Shown here piece after piece: positions 25,847 to 28,739 of a stretch of 28,739 nucleotides of DNA. Source of the DNA: a virus (lineage: Duplodnaviria > Caudoviricetes); the IMG/VR virus record IMGVR_UViG_3300025066_000118, positions 1-28,739 of that record. The stretch is one strand, 5' to 3'. Under the pieces are notes generated by a model. It was not told the origin of the DNA and searched no databases. It saw only the letters and a program-made list of their open reading frames with translations. Numbering within the stretch: position 1 is the first letter of the stretch; each line of letters begins with the position of its first letter. Position numbers and translations under genes: made by a program.

Positions 25847-26780
25847 AGAACTTAGTCTATTTGTAGAAAAATATAGACCTGCTACCATTGAAGAATGTAT
25901 TTTACCAAAATCTCTGGATAAAACATTCACTGATATTGTAGATACAGGCGATTGTCCAAATCTTCTTCTAAGCGGTAGAGCAGGTGTTGGTAAAACAACA
26001 GTTGCCAAGGCACTATGTAAAGAATTGGGTCATGATTATATTATGATCAACTGCTCGGAAGACGGAAACATTGACATGCTTCGTACAAAGATACGAAACT
26101 TTGCAAGCACAGTGTCTCTGTCGGGTGGAATGAAAATTGTAATTCTTGATGAATTTGATTATTCTAATGCACAGAGTTTTCAACCGGCGTTGAGGGGAGC
26201 AATTGAAGAATTCTCTGCTACATGTAGGTTTATTCTTACTTGCAATTATAAAAATCGTATCATTGAACCATTACATTCTAGATGCACCAATATAGATTTT
26301 ACAATACCATCAAGCGAAAAGGCAAACCTTGCTGCTTTGTTTATGAAACGTGTGATGTATATATTGGACAATGAAAGTATTCCATACGAGAAAGATGTAA
26401 TTGCGTCTTTCATTAGCAAACACTTTCCAGACTTCCGAAGAATTCTTAATGAATTACAGAGATATTCTGTTGCAGGTGTCATAGATGTTGGTATACTATC
26501 TTCACTTGGCGATATACCAGTCAAGGATTTGTTTAGTGAGATGAAGAACAAGAACTTCGTCGAGGTTCGTAAATGGGTGGTTCATAATTTAGATAATGCA
26601 CCACCGGAGATGTTTAGGTCTTTTTACGAGGGAATATATTCTTCGGTAGAAGCAAGTTCAATACCAGAAGCAATTCTCATTTTGGCAGAGTATCAGTATA
26701 AGGCTGCTTTTGTGGCAGATCAGGAAATTAATTTTGTTGCGTGTTTAGTAGAACTAATGATGAGGTGTGAATTCAAATGA
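25839..26780 (+). CDS. g44: Clamp loader large subunit gp44 (AAA+)
   Basis: Motifs LFVEKYRP, Walker A GRAGVGKTT, ILDEFD, FILTCNY, LHSRC, FPDFRRILNELQRY, FVADQEIN. Start placed at ATG 25839. Confidence 0.97.
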   Translation: MAEELSLFVEKYRPATIEECILPKSLDKTFTDIVDTGDCPNLLLSGRAGVGKTTVAKALCKELGHDYIMINCSEDGNIDMLRTKIRNFASTVSLSGGMKIVILDEFDYSNAQSFQPALRGAIEEFSATCRFILTCNYKNRIIEPLHSRCTNIDFTIPSSEKANLAALFMKRVMYILDNESIPYEKDVIASFISKHFPDFRRILNELQRYSVAGVIDVGILSSLGDIPVKDLFSEMKNKNFVEVRKWVVHNLDNAPPEMFRSFYEGIYSSVEASSIPEAILILAEYQYKAAFVADQEINFVACLVELMMRCEFK

Positions 26781-27073
26781 AAACAATAAGAGCAGAAGGT
26801 GATCATTTAATATTAGAGAAAATTGATTACGATAAAGAGCAAGTAACGGATAGTGGCATCATCGTTAAGATGAGTCAAACATTGGATGGTTCGTTCTGTG
26901 AGGCGAAGATACTATCCATGGGTGGTGGTCTTCCAATCATAAATGGTGATATACCAAAGGTCGGTTATAAAGAAGGTGACATCATATTGTATGATGTTCG
27001 TTCTCGTATTGGCACACATAATGATTTTGATATTATCCGACGAGAACATGTCGTTGGGGTAATAGAGGGATGA
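26777..27073 (+). CDS. groES: GroES/Cpn10-like co-chaperonin
   Basis: 98 aa with IRAEGDHLIL, mobile-loop-like EQVTDSGIIV, AKILSMGGG, KEGDIILY and IIRREHVVGVIE, all collinear with GroES. Confidence 0.85.
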   Translation: MKTIRAEGDHLILEKIDYDKEQVTDSGIIVKMSQTLDGSFCEAKILSMGGGLPIINGDIPKVGYKEGDIILYDVRSRIGTHNDFDIIRREHVVGVIEG

Positions 27074-27447
27074 AGTTGGGAGAATATCTAACAGCAATCA
27101 ATTACAGCAAGGAACCTCTTATGGACACAGAGGATGAAAGTGTAGAGAAAGGGTATGTTCCTTTTGTTGTTAATCGGTGCTTGTCTTATTTTGTTGATAC
27201 GATAATGCACGTTAATGAAATGAACTCGTATCCAGATATTCCTAAATCACACCAATTCGATTATCTCCAAAAATCAATTCGTAAAAGAAAACGATTTAGT
27301 AAGTGGTTGAAAAAAGAAAACCCAGAAAGAATTGCAAAAATAAAAGAGTTATTTGGATATTCGGATAGACGAGCATTGGAAGTGTTGGAACTTTTAAATG
27401 ATTCAGATGTGGAATATATCGATATAATGACCAATAAAGGTGGTTGA
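27070..27447 (+). CDS. g62: Clamp loader small subunit gp62
   Basis: Motifs YLTAINYSK, YVPFVVNRCLSYFVDT, NEMN, SIRKRKRFSKWLK, GYS-x-x-RA, NKGG C-terminus. Confidence 0.94.
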   Translation: MKLGEYLTAINYSKEPLMDTEDESVEKGYVPFVVNRCLSYFVDTIMHVNEMNSYPDIPKSHQFDYLQKSIRKRKRFSKWLKKENPERIAKIKELFGYSDRRALEVLELLNDSDVEYIDIMTNKGG

Positions 27448-27501
27448 AACAACAAAAAACCATATATACATTTGTGAGTCTTATTACAATTGGAGTATAA
27501 T

Positions 27502-27912
27502 GTGGAAGAAATGGAAGATATATTTGATGGGTATGGAATAGAAATAGAACTACCAGACGAAGACAGTTTTTTAAAGATACGAGAGACATTGACTAGAATT
27601 GGCGTGTCGTCTCGTAAAGAGAATAAGTTATATCAATCGTGTCATATATTACATAAAAGAGGACGATATGCCATTCTCCATTTTAAAGAATTGTTTTCTT
27701 TGGATGGTCTGGAATCAAACTTTTCAGAAAACGATATGGCAAGAAGAAATACAATTGTCAAACTTTTACAGGAATGGGAGTTGTTGGATGTGTTTGAAGG
27801 TGAGGAACTTGAACCTAGCGTGGAAGTGAAGCAGTTGAAGATAATTTCTCACAAAGAAAAGGGTGATTGGGAGTTGATTCCCAAGTACCATATAGGTAAG
27901 AAAAAAGGATAA
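27502..27912 (+). CDS. regA: Translational repressor RegA
   Basis: Motifs FLKIRETLTRIGV, LYQSCHILHKRGRY, HFKELF-x-LDG, RRNTI, WELIPKYHIG. GTG 27502 follows a GGAG SD; TTG 27490 and ATG 27511 are alternatives. Confidence 0.97.
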   Translation: MEEMEDIFDGYGIEIELPDEDSFLKIRETLTRIGVSSRKENKLYQSCHILHKRGRYAILHFKELFSLDGLESNFSENDMARRNTIVKLLQEWELLDVFEGEELEPSVEVKQLKIISHKEKGDWELIPKYHIGKKKG

Positions 27913-27926
27913 CAAGGAGTTATATT

Positions 27927-28622
27927 ATGAAAAAATTATTGATTAAGTTTCCTACCCGTTCTAGACCAGACAAATTTAAAGAAGTACTTCAGAAGTATAT
28001 CAACAACCTTTCGGGTACGTTTGATGTGCGGTTTGTTATAACGGCAGATAATGATGACGATACCATGAACACACAGGATATGCGAGAATGGCTTGATGGT
28101 TTAATTGATCGTGGTATTGATTTGGTTTATCACTACGGGGATAGTAAAACAAAGATTGAAGCAGTTAATGCGAACATGGAGGGTGAAGAAGCAGACGTTT
28201 TGCTTCTTGCTTCTGATGATATGATTCCTCAGATGTTTGGTTATGATGCTATTATTATGCAGTCAATGGAAGAAGCGTTTCCTAAGTTTGATGGTGCAAT
28301 TAAGTTTAGTGACGGATTGAGGAACGACTATCTAATGACACTTGCAGTTCTTGGGTGGAAGTTATATAAGAAGTTCGGATATATTTATCATCCAGACTAT
28401 AAATCATTGTATGCAGATGATGAACAAACACAGGCTTGTATGATGATGAATAAATTTGCCGTGAGTCCTATGTGTATTATTAAACACGAATGGGTCGCTG
28501 GTGGTCATCCAGAAGCAGATGATATGCACAAAGAACAAGAAGCACCAGAGATGTACATGAAAGACAAAGCAGTCTTTGACCGAAGGAAGAAGATTGGTTT
28601 TGGTGTGAGTGAAATGGTGTGA
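27927..28622 (+). CDS. GT-A fold (GT2-like) glycosyltransferase
   Basis: N-terminal LLIKFPTRSRP, acidic metal-binding-like LLLASDDMIP, and YKSLYADDE. AAGGAG SD. Confidence 0.75.
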   Translation: MKKLLIKFPTRSRPDKFKEVLQKYINNLSGTFDVRFVITADNDDDTMNTQDMREWLDGLIDRGIDLVYHYGDSKTKIEAVNANMEGEEADVLLLASDDMIPQMFGYDAIIMQSMEEAFPKFDGAIKFSDGLRNDYLMTLAVLGWKLYKKFGYIYHPDYKSLYADDEQTQACMMMNKFAVSPMCIIKHEWVAGGHPEADDMHKEQEAPEMYMKDKAVFDRRKKIGFGVSEMV

Positions 28623-28739
28623 ATTTACTTTTGTTACAACCGGGAAGGTTGGGCGACATACTAATATGTCTTCCTATAGCAAAATACTATAGTGATAAGG
28701 GGTATCAGGTATATTGGCCAGTGTTAGAACAATATGCTA
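28619..28739 (+). CDS. Probable glycosyltransferase (GT9/GT-B-like N-terminus), 3'-truncated by the window edge
   Basis: Not in the ORF track. The GTG start overlaps the upstream TGA and translates MNLLLLQPGRLGDILICLPIAKYYSDKGYQVYWPVLEQYA, matching the hydrophobic-strand + LGD-x5-P start of GT9 heptosyltransferase-like proteins. Confidence 0.6.
   Translation, partial: MNLLLLQPGRLGDILICLPIAKYYSDKGYQVYWPVLEQYA

Noticed and set aside
1-28739. Stop-codon recoding, inteins, introns, homing endonucleases, tRNAs or CRISPR arrays
   Set aside because: TAA, TAG and TGA all end conserved genes at the expected positions, core genes have normal lengths, and the spacers are too short and lack such structures.

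Overview
A 28.7-kb fragment of a T4-like (T4-superfamily) myovirus genome. All genuine genes lie on the + strand and use genetic code 11. The order is: the 3' part of tail sheath g18, two tandem tail-tube g19 paralogues, portal g20, two prohead-core-like genes, protease g21, scaffold g22, major capsid g23, a rho-independent terminator, g3, uvsY, uvsW, a hypothetical gene, late sigma factor g55, g47 and g46. Between g46 and the sliding clamp g45 is a ~9.9-kb block of five unrecognised genes, including a 640-aa protein built from an internally duplicated domain and a 2156-aa Cys/Trp/Tyr/Gly-rich giant protein. After it come g45, g44, a GroES-like co-chaperonin wedged between g44 and g62, g62, regA and the start of a glycosyltransferase cluster. 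The most notable points are the g46-g45 insertion block, an apparently obligatory non-canonical (ATT) start for g46, a recurring TATATAATA motif where T4 late promoters (TATAAATA) are expected, a probably leaderless g55 transcript, the duplicated tail tube and the GroES insertion. Product calls come from motifs and synteny recognised by eye; no searches were run.
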